DNA of 63,698 nt, counting the filler, from Licmophora abbreviata (Eukaryota): NCBI GenBank assembly GCA_900291995.1. It is 13 parts of 13 records of this genome, joined end to end, with 100 filler letters (N's around TTAATTAATTAA, not from the genome) between each part and the next. Parts side by side here need not be neighbours in the genome. Positions count along the whole stretch, not along the records: positions 35,790 to 42,966 come from OLMU01001237.1; positions 43,067 to 46,877 come from OLMU01001239.1; positions 46,978 to 55,010 come from OLMU01001240.1; 10 more parts are not named here. One strand, given 5' to 3'. Positions 39,015 through 50,891 of this stretch are shown here, piece by piece (the stretch's first letter is position 1; each line of letters opens with the position of its first letter). The position numbers and the translations under genes were made by a program. The notes below the pieces were generated by a model. That model was not told where the DNA came from, searched no databases, and saw only the letters and a list, made by a program, of their open reading frames with translations.

Positions 39015-42000
39015 CTAAATCCAACCTTCCTCGGTATTCTTCTCGTCGCTGAGCACTACCTGTGCTTCATTCGAAACAGCTTCCTGCATTGCTTTGGCGT
39101 TCTGCTCCACAGATCCGTTGGGCGTGGCGGATCCATCCATGTCGGCATCTTGGTTCGCATCATTCTTTTCTTTCTGGCGCATCGTTTCTTTGTGAGCCAG
39201 ATATATCTTCGAAAGTCTATCTACGAGCACTCCGAGTTCCTCTCGAACACGAGCGATATCGGCCATACCGAACTGGAACTCCGGCGCGAGAGTAATCGCA
39301 TGTTCAAAACGATTCGAGAAGTCAGCATAGGTGATTCCTTTGTGACGGCGCTGGTAAAATGCGTATGCATAGCGGCAAACGAACACTCCACAATCCCATC
39401 CATTCTCTTGATAGGGAACTGCAAAGGGTAGAGCGAAGTGAGAAACCCAATGTTCGTTCCCTGTTCAGTGGGGCATCCTAGTTAACTTACTCTTCGGGGC
39501 AAAGACTTGCATTGTGCTTTTGTCAAACATTGGCTTCTCGCTCAAGCATGGCTTGTCCAGACGCTTCCACTCAGAATTTAGCCACGTTCGAATATGCCCT
39601 GCTACTTCGCGCATTCTATGAGCCTTGAGTGAATCCAAGAACAAGATACATGCTTTCCGAGAGTCATCGGAAAAATTACTTTGGAACTCATGGACAATCG
39701 CGCCAGGATTGACAACTACACAGAGAGACCAGTGTAGTGCCTTGTTCACGGGTATGAAGATAAATCGCTTTGAAAACACGTCAATGTTCTTCTTCGCGGT
39801 CCAAGTAGTAACAGCTTCTAGACCATTTCCTTCGCTGAGGGTCGAGTAGAAATGGGAGCTAAAGATATGCAGAGGCGAAATGGACCGATCTTCTTTGCGC
39901 CATATCCTGAACAAAGGTAGCGGAACACGTCAGAAAACAACAGAAAACAAAGAAGCAGCTGAAATGCGGCCCATCGCTCGACTTTCTCACTTACCATTGC
40001 ATCCAGAAATCTACGAGACTGTCATTCAAATAGACAGTGGGAGCACAGCGATCGCGGTCTTCTTCGGTGATTGTCAGAAAGTGCCTATGACCACTTCTCG
40101 TCGCTGTTGCGTAGTTTTTTCCTGAGTCTGCTGTGCAGGAGCCATTGGGGACCCCATCACCATCGTCGGTTGAGTCACACTTCGTCAACGCTGCTGCGGG
40201 TGCAAGACCATCGTCGGCATCCATCATTTCAACATCCTCGTTGCTCGCAGAGTCGACGATCATTTTGTCTTCATCCGCCACTTGATCAATGGCGAGCTCA
40301 CACGACATGGCCTTGTCGCTGTTATCATCACCATTCGCGGTGGCTTGAAGTGGCACGAGACTGGCTTCCGCAAGACCGTTCGCGGCAGCATCGATCTCGT
40401 CCTCGTCTCCATCGAACGGGTATACGAGCAACACGTTGTTAGTGTCCTTCCCTTTCTTGTGAGAACGTGCGCTTCTCCGCTTTCGAGGCGAGCTAAATCG
40501 ATTCTCCTTCTCTTGATCGGAATCCTTCATGAGAGCCGCAGCGTATGTTGGAATCATGCCTGCGTCGAGCTTTGCATCTTCCGTCATGTACGCGCCAAGG
40601 TGATGCTTGTCTTTCCTAAGCCTCGTCAGGACCTTTCGGAACGCTTCTGGGGAACGAAATTCAACAGTGACGTATTTTCGGATGACAGTGTCTTTTGCTG
40701 GGTCGTATGAATTCGAATAAGTATGAAGGCCATTCGCTTCGTTGGGATTGATTCGCATAGCGAGGAACGCCAAATCGTCTTCGTCTCCGTCAATGACAAC
40801 CACCGCTGACGACTTTCCCGGTTGGTCGGAATCACTGTCGGGGACAAAGTACTTAATCTCCTGTACAGAGTCGTCCTCAAGACTGATCGAATGCGTGACT
40901 TTTTCGGACTTGTTTTTGGTGTAGGCCAATTCTATCATACCTCTTTTCATATTTTCTGTGAAACGGAAGGAACACTTCTTGGAGAAGACCTTTTTTCCAA
41001 TTGAAATTCGTGCGACCGTATGCCACTTGGGGCTGCTCGGTGCTCTCGAAGTAGAAAACTCATACTGTTCGTTGGCCGACCATTCATATTCCGAATCACC
41101 GAAAGACGAAGAAGAGTGTGTTGGGCTGATCCGGAGTTTGGCTTGCTGCGAAGAGGACCTCGTCTGTCGTTTGGTGGGCTTGGAGTGAAACGACGATGCA
41201 TGGACACCCGTGGACCGCGACTCAAATTGCGCTACCAAGGAAAAGAAACAACAGTGGTGAGACTCTCTGTGGCATGTGCATCGGGTGGCAATATTAGTAC
41301 AATGCTCGGTCCTTACGGTTGGTGACTGTGCGTTGACGCTTCGTGGAGACTCCTTGCTCCTCTGGAAAGTCAATGATTGGGTCGTCATTGAGCTCGTTGT
41401 TGCTGCTGCTGCTGCTGCTGGAACGCTGTACTTCCGATCGGAATGCAGGAGGAGGAGGATGAGGAGAAGAAGTCAAGCCTTCCAGAATGCTGGCACCAGG
41501 AACGACTGGCGTAGCTGCAGGTCTGCTTTTCCTCGGCACTCGATGCGACGCCGACAAGTTCCCTGTCGAGAAACAAACACAGAACGACGCCGAACAGATG
41601 TCAGCATGTAAAATATGAGCCGCACCAATATAATGAATATACATTGCATCCGACCTACCACTGTTCATCTTGGTAAAGCCGAGGAGCGTCTGCATGGACG
41701 CTCGTCTCTCCGGAAATGCCGAAGTTCGGACCGACGTTCTACCGTACGTCCTACCGCGGCGTCGTCCCGTACTAGTCGTAGTGTGATTGAAGCCACACAA
41801 GGTCTCCTCGTCCCCTGCCACTTTGAGCGCCCGTACCACGACATCTTCCTGGTTTTCATCGATCGCGTGATTCCTCGCGAGTTTTGTCGTTGTAGTAGTA
41901 GAAGGATTAGGATGATGATCTGGAGGTTGATTTGCAAGTCGCTTTTTCGCAAGTGCCTTGGGAGGCTGTTTTCGGATGGTATCCTTGGATCTAGTGCGTC

Positions 42001-42786
42001 GGGACTGGGTATCCTCGTCGTCTTCCTTCCACTCTTCATCTTCCGAGTCGTCTTTGGCGTTTGACTTGAGCATTGGAATCGGAATCTCTTCATCATCGCG
42101 CTCGGACTCTGTCTCTTCGTCATCCTCTTCATTGCAGAGGTCCACGAGTGCATCCTCTGCACGGTGTTGTTGTTGTTCCTTTTTCAATGTTGCTGTTGTT
42201 GGATTGAGTGATGATGACGAGGAGGGTGAGAGTGTGTCCATGACTTGCTGCAATCCGGACGTCAATGCTTTGGTTGCTCCATTCATTGCCCTCGCTACGA
42301 AACTAGCATCTTCCACTTGTGCAGCGGATCGCAAGGGTGCCGTAAGACGCCGACGATGAGATCCATGATTGTTCGCAGTAGTATGAGTCTGATAGGAGTC
42401 CTTGATCTTGGGTGCCTGACGTGGTGGTAAGGGAGGAAGAGTAGTAGTCGAAGAAGAATGGTTTCTTCGTAGTAGTGGCAAGTTCGTAGTGTTGTTGCTG
42501 CTGTTTCTTCGTGCTTGACGCTGCCGTGCTTGAGCGAGTGGTCCTCCTTCCAAGAGAGATGCAGGTCGATGGCGCGATGCTTTCTTACGAGGAATGCGGT
42601 GACTCTTGTTCTTATGACCTTGTTGTCATCGTCATCATCATGAGCCTGCAGTTCATCTTCGTCCACCTCAAAGGCAGGTAGGGGAGTATGCATAGCTACT
42701 GTGTCATCGTTCGGGTCTTTGTTTCGTTTTCTTCGTCTTCTTGTTCGAGAGGATCCAATCATGTAATTCTTATTGGAAGATGACAT
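39015..42786 (-). CDS. Ulp1-family SUMO protease (peptidase C48, ULP2/SENP6-7-like); multi-exon, apparent frameshift near 42620
   Basis: YLNDSLVDFWMQW, HIFSSHFYSTL, FIFIPVNKALHWSL (catalytic His), ILFLDSL (Asp) and PYQENGWDCGVFVCRYA (Gln/Cys). Long disordered N-terminus; about four introns with approximate boundaries. Confidence 0.88.
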
Positions 42787-42966
42787 ACTGATGATGATGC
42801 TTGAATACTGTTAGGTACAGGCTGTGAATCGAACTGCGATGTGTGCGACTCGACACTGTACTACACGACACACACCCACACACACGCCAAAACTTGACTT
42901 TTTTCAGTCTCTCTGTGTTGTTCGGCTCCAAAGCTCACTGCTGTCAAGCAAGCAGACTCTCTCTCT

Positions 42967-43066
42967 NNNNNNNNNNNNNNNNNNNNNNNNNNNNNNNNNN
43001 NNNNNNNNNNTTAATTAATTAANNNNNNNNNNNNNNNNNNNNNNNNNNNNNNNNNNNNNNNNNNNN
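42967..43066. other. Artificial scaffold linker
   Basis: N44-TTAATTAATTAA-N44. Confidence 0.99.
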
Positions 43067-43153
43067 TATCATACCGATCTATAGGGAGAGCTCGCAAGGA
43101 GGTGATGTTCCAATTCTTGTTCTCAAAATCCCATCCCAAAAAGACCATCGACC

Positions 43154-44875
43154 ATGAGGATGCCTTCGATCGCCCGCCGCTCTCGTCGTCTAGTAGGAGT
43201 AGCCACGCGACTGTCTTCCTCTCCAACAACAAGGACGACTTCGCCACCCGTGTGGCTCGGCCCGGATGGTACCTACCAGAATTTTGTCCATGGAGAATTC
43301 GTCGTGTCCAAGAAACTTCGTCCGCAGAAATCATCAGTGTCGACGATAGTGTCCGTCAAGAATCCTGCTACGAACCAAGTGATTGGAGTCGTTCCGGAAA
43401 CCACAGACTTGGATGCTGCCGTGAGCAGTGCCAAGTCCGCCTTTCAAGACTGGAAGACTGTTCCCATTCAACAACGCCAGCGTGTCATGATGGAGTACCA
43501 ACGCCTTCTTCGAAGCCACACCGACGACCTTGCCTACTATATCACTCTGGAAAATGGAAAGACACTACTGGATGCCAAGGGCGATGTCTTTCGAGGACTG
43601 GAGGTGGTTGAATCAGCCTGTTTCATGGCGGATCGAATGTTGGGTGACTCACTGTCCAATATATCCACTACCATGGACTGTGTCAGTATACGACAGCCGC
43701 TGGGCGTTTGTGCGGGCATTGCCCCCTTTAACTTTCCTGCCATGATTCCCTTGTGGATGTTTCCGATTGCCTGCGCGGCAGGAAATACCTTTGTCTTGAA
43801 ACCTTCCGAAAAGACACCCGGCGCGAGCATGTTGCTCGCGCACTTGGCCCACCAGGCGGGGTTGCCACCGGGGGTCCTGAATGTAGTGCAGGGCGGACGA
43901 GGGATGGTGGATCAACTCTGTGATCATGCGGATATTCAAGCCATTTCCTTTGTGGGGAGTTGTGCTGCGGGAGAGTATATTCATGCGAGGGCGACGGGGA
44001 ATGGGAAACGGGTGCAGGCCAATTTGGGGGCCAAGAATCATGCGGTCGTCTTGGGGGATGCGGATCGGCGGGCGACGGTCCAGGCGCTGGTCGGTGCGGC
44101 CTTTGGTGCTGCGGGGCAGCGGTGTATGGCCTTGAGTGTTGTTATCTTGGTGGGGGGTGATACACAAGAATGGTTGGGGGATTTGGTGGAGGAAGCCAAG
44201 AAATTAAAAGTGGGATGCGGATTGGAAGCAGGTGTGGATGTCGGGCCGCTCATTACTGCTGACGCAAAGGAGAGAGTGGAACGCATTATTGGCGAGAGTG
44301 TGGAGCAAGGAGCGGTAGTATCCCTGGATGGACGTGGTGTAGTGGTGGATGGATACGAAGAGGGAAACTTTATCGGGCCCACAATCCTTTCCAGCCTCTC
44401 GTCCACCGACAACGTGGCCTACACGACGGAAATCTTTGGACCGGTCTTGGTTTGTCTGTCAGCCGACACATTGGAGGATGCCATGGATATTATCAACCAA
44501 AGTCCGTATGGAAATGGATGCGCCATCTTTACACAGTCGGGTGCTGCGGCACGCAAGTTTCAAAATGAAATCGACGTAGGACAGGTACGTTTGTAAAAGA
44601 GAGGAACAGACATTGGTGCGCTGTCTTTGCTTGAAACTCTCATCGCGCCCCGCCTTACGTTGCCTTCTCAGGTCGGCATCAATGTTCCGATTCCAGTGCC
44701 ACTCCCAATGTTTTCCTTTACGGGTAGTCGAGGATCTATTCGTGGCGATGTGCACTTCTATGGCAAGCAGGGCGTTCAGTTCTATACGCGAACCAAGACG
44801 ATTACTTCGAACTGGACCTATCAAGAGGGCCACTCGTTGGGTGGAGTCACCATGCCGACCATGAGCAAAGATTAG
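43154..44875 (+). CDS. ALDH6A1: Methylmalonate-semialdehyde dehydrogenase (acylating), mitochondrial; intron 44585-44671
   Basis: Arg-rich presequence, [47 protein letters not shown], catalytic [14 protein letters not shown] and [24 protein letters not shown]. Confidence 0.96.
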
Positions 44876-44973
44876 ATAAATTGACATGACTCGTGTGCAG
44901 GTGTGGTCTAAATATCAACATTACACATTTTTATATAGCGGACATCGAAGTCGCAACATGTATACAATACGCT

Positions 44974-47900
44974 CTAGGCGGCGACCATTCCTCGTTGGAG
45001 TTCTTCAATGATTGCCTCGTGGTCAAGCGTTACCTTGGCCTTTTCCAACAGCTCGTAGATGCTCGCGGACTTCTGACAAACTTCAATCTGGTGTGTAAGC
45101 CGCGCTGCGCTCTCGGCCACAGCCTCGTCGCTCATGCTTAAAATGAATTCTGCTGAGAGCTGATCGAGAATAGCATAGAGGGTAATCATCGGCCGCAATG
45201 CCATTGCAAAGTCGTCGATCTGAGGGAGACCACGTTTCCGGGACGGAGGCTTTCGGCGGGCAGGTACAGCCGAGGGCGCACTACCGGTGTCGCCGAAATC
45301 CCACTCTGTAAAGGAGCTAGAACGGGCTGACCGCGTACCTCGGGGAGTACGGAGGACAGCTCCGCATCCACTATCTTCCACTTTGAGGGCGTGGCGTCGA
45401 CCAGCGCAGACAATCAGCCCACGAAGGAAATCTTCGCGGTGTACAGCCCAGCGCCGTCGCGGGTGTGGTGAGTCCGCCTTCTCCGTAGCAGCAGGGTCCT
45501 CGTCGCACATATTATGGAACAAGATGGCACAGAGAGCTGCCATTGGAGCTGCGTCGGCAATACCACGAGTCATTGACATGGCCGTCTCGGATGAAGAATC
45601 AAAGTCGCTTGCCCTTAGTATGTTCATCGCAGCGAGGAAGGCGGAGCTCAAGACTCGAGCGTGCTGAGCCGTCTCTGAATCGTCCAGGTCGGCGTTGTTG
45701 GTGAACATGTTCGACATGAAGAGCTGATAAAATATCAAAGAAGCGTTCGAGGTCAGTGATCCACCTCCACAATCGACATTCAGAGCCTCCCCGTAGGCCA
45801 TGCGAAGCATAAGAAAACGAACATCATGAAGTGCAGACCAGAGAGTTGACTTCGGACGCGTGCCCAATAGATTGACAATGGCAGTCTCATATTCCGAGAG
45901 CGCCATGTCGACGGCGACAAGCGACACCTTCGTGCTCTTGGAGGAAACCAGCGGCAGAATGGCATTGCACGCCACTCGTGAGTTTCGAAGACAGGCGCCT
46001 TCCCATTCGCCTGCGGTACACGAATGAAACAAGCACGAAAAAGTAAGCACCGAATGATCATGCAGCGTAGAGCAATCGAGAATTTGAACAACGTGAACTT
46101 ACTCTTTGGCGCCCGAGGGTGGTTTCGATCTGCCGAACGAGCTCTCGAGTGGCAGCTGCAGTGAATCGCGTTGCCAGCGGATACAGTCGAAGTGAACTGA
46201 ACAGCTCTTCGACTCTGCGACGATCCAGAGCTGGCGGACGATTGATCGCGACTTTTTCTCAACGCTTCCGCCGTGCTTTTCGAAAGCTGAAACCACTCGT
46301 GCTCGACATGTGTACTAAGAAGCGACACTGGGAGTGATGACGGGAGCGACAGAAGAAGCATTGTACCATCAATATTATCCCGTCCACCAAACCGATTCGA
46401 TGAACTGGTCACTTTCTTGATATAAACGTACAAACCCAGTAGCTCAGTCGGCTGCAAGGTCCGCCCCTCTTGGCAAACGGCGCACGTTAGTCCAGTTTCG
46501 TCCTCCATGGCCTCCATCTCGGCCATCCAGGCAGGAATCTTCGCATCGGGCTTTTGCGCAGACTGTCCCTGTTTTGCAGCCCCGCGTCTCGATCTTGAAG
46601 GGGTGCCTTCGGTCGTCGATGACACGGTGGCTGCCGTGTTCCCTGAGCTGTGGAAAAGGCCAAGAACTGGTGCGAGGAGAGAAACAGCTCCAACTCGGCC
46701 TGGTGCTGATGCAGCTTCGTCAACGCTTGCTTCTGAAGGCATTGCAGCGCTTCCCGCCAGTGGACCGAATTTACTCATGCTCGTGAGAGTCTTGCTTCTT
46801 CGTTCTTCCGATATCTCCTTCTTCCGATCACGCGTCTTTCGCCGGATTTCTTCTATTTTCTCCCCGACTTTATCGTTNNNNNNNNNNNNNNNNNNNNNNN
46901 NNNNNNNNNNNNNNNNNNNNNTTAATTAATTAANNNNNNNNNNNNNNNNNNNNNNNNNNNNNNNNNNNNNNNNNNNNGGATTTCTTCTATTTTCTCCCCG
47001 ACTTTATCGTTGCCCTGTGCCAACTCATCCAGCAGGGTTTCCGCTAGCAAGCCCATCCCGTTCGTCGATATACACAGAGATGAGTTGTCTGATGTGGACT
47101 CCATCCAATGGCATGCAAGGAGGAAAGAAGGTCCGTGAGATCCGGCCTCGCCCACCTCCGCAATCAAAGATTGGGTAGAGAGATGATCATTGCACATGCC
47201 TGCCAGCATCTGAAACGCTGTCCGAAGCCCCAAGCGCTGAAAATAGGCTCTCCATCCTTTTTCTAGTGTGTCTCTTTTCGCAGCGATCCTATCTGATTTC
47301 GACCATAGTGCGGCAGTCCACGATGGAGGCTGAGACGGTAGGTCACGCAGTATAAAGCCGGCGATTAGTTCCACGAACCCGCACCGCATGAGTTCTGCGC
47401 GCAGAGCGTGACAGACGTCACTTGGCGGAAGACTGATTGCCGCCTGAACAAAGACATCCATTAGGATTGACGACCGCGTCGAACTCTTGCTTGAGCTCTC
47501 GAATGCACTCAAAGTGTCGATATTCACATGTCTAGCAAAATGCGATGCCAATTCGCACGACAGTGATACCTGTCCATACGTTAGGAAGGGCAAGAGCTTG
47601 GCGATAACTCTTCGCAGAGGAGGCCCGAGATAGGTTGTCTGAAGAGATGATAATAACAACGGAAGGGTGGAAGCATCTCGTTCTGAGTCCGCCTTGGTCA
47701 CATCTTCCGATGCCGCAAGCGCACTTTCCGTCTCGACAGAAATGTCTGAGGCGAGAACCTCGATTAGTTCCTTGAGGATATCGGCAGTTGGATTGCTGGT
47801 GGCATGTGAAGGATCAGATGGATCAGACGCGTGCTGTCCTTCGTCATCCGACGAGTCCGCGATGGACGACGTTGAATCATCCAACGCATGGAGAACGTCC

Positions 47901-50392
47901 AGGAGCAAACGCAGTAGAGTCGTTGGTGCTCGAGCCGCGAGTAACTTCTTTCGGTTACTGGCAAGTTTGGAGCAGTACAACAATAACTTTAATCCCCAAC
48001 ACGGTGCACTCTGTTGAAACTTGGCGCGAGACGCGTTGCCTCCTGCCTGAGTGATGACATCGTCTCGACGGATGCGTCGCAGCATATCAGAAACATCTGA
48101 CTCGACCGAGCGAAGCAGAATGCTAATCCCTCTCCCCTCCGTGGCAAGACGAGTAATGCTGTATTCTTTCTCTAGAGCGCGTTCCTGTTCCTCTGGCGAT
48201 ACGTCAGACGACGGTGCATCCGGATCGACAAGAGTTTCAACCAAATCTTCCGTCGCCTCGCCGTCGACACCAGCCAATCGATACGTGACGACCATGGGCG
48301 GGAGCGACGACACGGGGGTATCAACCGTGATATTCCGTACGACTTGGCGCTCCGAGCTCGAGCTGAAAAACATGGAGATTCCAGATCCTGAAGAGAACAG
48401 AGACGACCCCCCGCTGCCCGCCAGGAGAGAAGAAGTCGACGACCCCGAAACAGATCTCTCCATCAAATGGTTTTTCCAAATCACCTGCTGCACGACTCGT
48501 AAATTCAAATCAACGGCGAGGATTTTGTTTGCAACCAGCAACTCAATCAGTTCAGCGCTGTCGGCCATCTGTAGATCGTTCGCAATGTGTTGTCGGAGGT
48601 CGCGAACAGTCGGCTCGTTAGAATTGCTACTACTCGAAGCGGCAGTCGATCCTGGAGCTAGACTGGACAGAGGGATCGGGTTGCGGCCCACACTTCCTCG
48701 AAAGAACTCTTCCTGTGTGGGTGCGCGTCTCATGTAGACCTTTAGATTGAGAGGTTTCCGCGGAGGCTTAACAAGGTTGCAAACAGATTCCAAGAGAGAG
48801 GCCTCGACCGCGGGACTCAAGATGACTCCCTTGGACTGGATCGCAGTGACTCCTCCTGACATGTGTTTCGCCGCCGGCGGGTGTTGCGCTGCAAGAACTT
48901 GCATACAAGCATGGATGTACGCTCGCTTCCGTTGAGCATGCGTCTCTGCAGATACCTTTGGCAACTCCGTCTCGGATCCTTCAGCCTTGTCCACACGAGC
49001 TTCTTCCTCCCACAAGGCAGCAAAGCCAATTTCCGTAAAGCGCATTTCAAAATTCTCCACAGCATGGATGGTACGATCTTCCTCCTCCATTTCGTCGTCA
49101 TCGTTGTCTCCTTCCGCATCCTGCATCACTTCCTCTTCTTCTTCATCATCATCATCATCGTCCACTTCCTCCTCCTCCCCATCTTCGGTTCCGAATTCAA
49201 CATCCTCGTCTTCCTCTTCCTCGTCACTGTGATTGTGTACGGCATCCTGTGTGTCAACAACATTCATTTCGTCTCCGACAAGCACACTACTAGTAATGCC
49301 ATCCGTAGTGTCGTCGTCTTGCAGATTTCCAGCAGTACCGGATGTCTTTGGATGGTCCACACGAACACGCACCGTACAGTGCAACGGAGACGTCATGCGT
49401 TTCAAAATCAAAAGGACAGACGGATGCACAGAAGTGTTGTTTGTAGTTTGCAAGACATGCAAGGAAGCAATCAAACATGCAAGTGGTGACATGCCATAGG
49501 GATCGAGTGGAATCTTCCACAAGACATCTTGGAGACGCTGGAGAGTGTCAACACGACGTGACTGGAGTGTTGCCATGTCGAGCGTGTTGGATGTAGTAGT
49601 GGAAGTAGTAGTAGTGCGTGTTGTTGTCAAGGACGCATAGTGCACGAGGCGATGGAGGAGATGCGTCAGACCCACGAGTCGTGCGGGTGATGCAGAGTGC
49701 ATCCTTGTGGACACGTGATTCCACAAGGACTGTGCTGCCCACGTCAATCCACCCGCCGCCACAAAGAGTCTCATGGACGTGTCGGTCGATGCAGCAGTAT
49801 GGGAGGCTTCGAAAATGACATGATACAAGAGTCCAAGGAGAGCTTGTTCACTGTGCTGGTTCTCATTGCGGTCCAACCAGGACACGAGCATGCGCAGGAG
49901 CTGCCAGTCGCGTTCCAAAGTAGCGTGGTCCCGATGAAGATCGCGTACGAGTAGACGGAGTGCGACTTGACGGACGGCAAGGGAAGACGATTGGAGCGCT
50001 GTCAAGACCCAGTGATCCGTAGAAGTAGTAGTAGTAGTAGTAGTAGAATCTTCGGTAGGACGATGCTGAAATGGATGAAAATTCTGTCGTGTTGCTGCTC
50101 GCAAGGGACGACGAAGGAGTGTCCGAGCTTCTTCTTCATCTTCTTCTTCTAGGCCACCCGCCTCGAGAAGTCGAGGACCGTCGTCGAGCTTGCGTCGTTT
50201 CGTAGGTCGGCTTTTGTGAGTTTGACTGGTAGTACGAAAGTTCGCAGTGGTGGCAGTCCTCGCACGGCGCGACATCAGCCACCGTCCAATGCGTCGGGCT
50301 GCTTCGTGTCGCGCGATGGCTTCTTGCAACAGCCCATTCTTCTTCAAGAGACCTTCCAGCAAGGGAAGAGACACTGCTTCTTGAAAAGGCAT
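44974..50392 (-). CDS. UBR4: UBR4/BIG-like E3 ubiquitin ligase containing only the C-terminal module (about 1,730 aa); crosses a gap
   Basis: RAPTQEEFFRGS..PTVRDLRQHI..ELLVANKILAVDLNLRVV..PMVVTYRLAGVDGEATE (UBL region), GLLAETLLDEL, KIEEIRRKTRDRKKE, and hemiRING EDETGLTCAVCQEG..LLGLYVY..NAIHCSCH..EWEGACLRNSRVACNAILPL. Intron 46011-46102; a 34-bp overlap closes the gap in frame. Confidence 0.88.
46878..46977. other. Artificial scaffold linker (contigs overlap by 34 bp)
   Basis: 46844-46877 is identical to 46978-47011. Confidence 0.98.
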
Positions 50393-50891
50393 GGTGTCAA
50401 AGAGAGACGCGACAACAGTAACGACGACGAGAGGCTCTCTTTTTTATACACGCATCACAGTATCTACCAAGCCGCCTTCGTACTATACTTCTTTCGTGCT
50501 GTCTTCGTCGATCCGATGTGTACGATACTCGAGTATGCTGTTGTTGCTTCGCTGTGGTATCATATCGTACGATACACGCGTGATGACAGTGGAACTCGCG
50601 AGGTCTCAAAAGACACGATATCATACATGTGCGATTGAGATGCACGTACAAAATATACGACTACACCGTTCCAAACTCATTCGGAAAGAGAGCTCGTATC
50701 AATGATGGATTCATTCCCCCCAAAAAGGCGCGCTCCGGCAAAACATTAGTCAAGAATTCACCCCAAGACGAAACAACACATAAGATTTCGATCCCAGACT
50801 AGTCTACGGTTTGCTGCCTCTTGTCTTCGTTGTGTTCGTGGAAACTACACAGCACTCTGGCTCCTCCCATTCCTCTGGCTGGATCGTCAGA

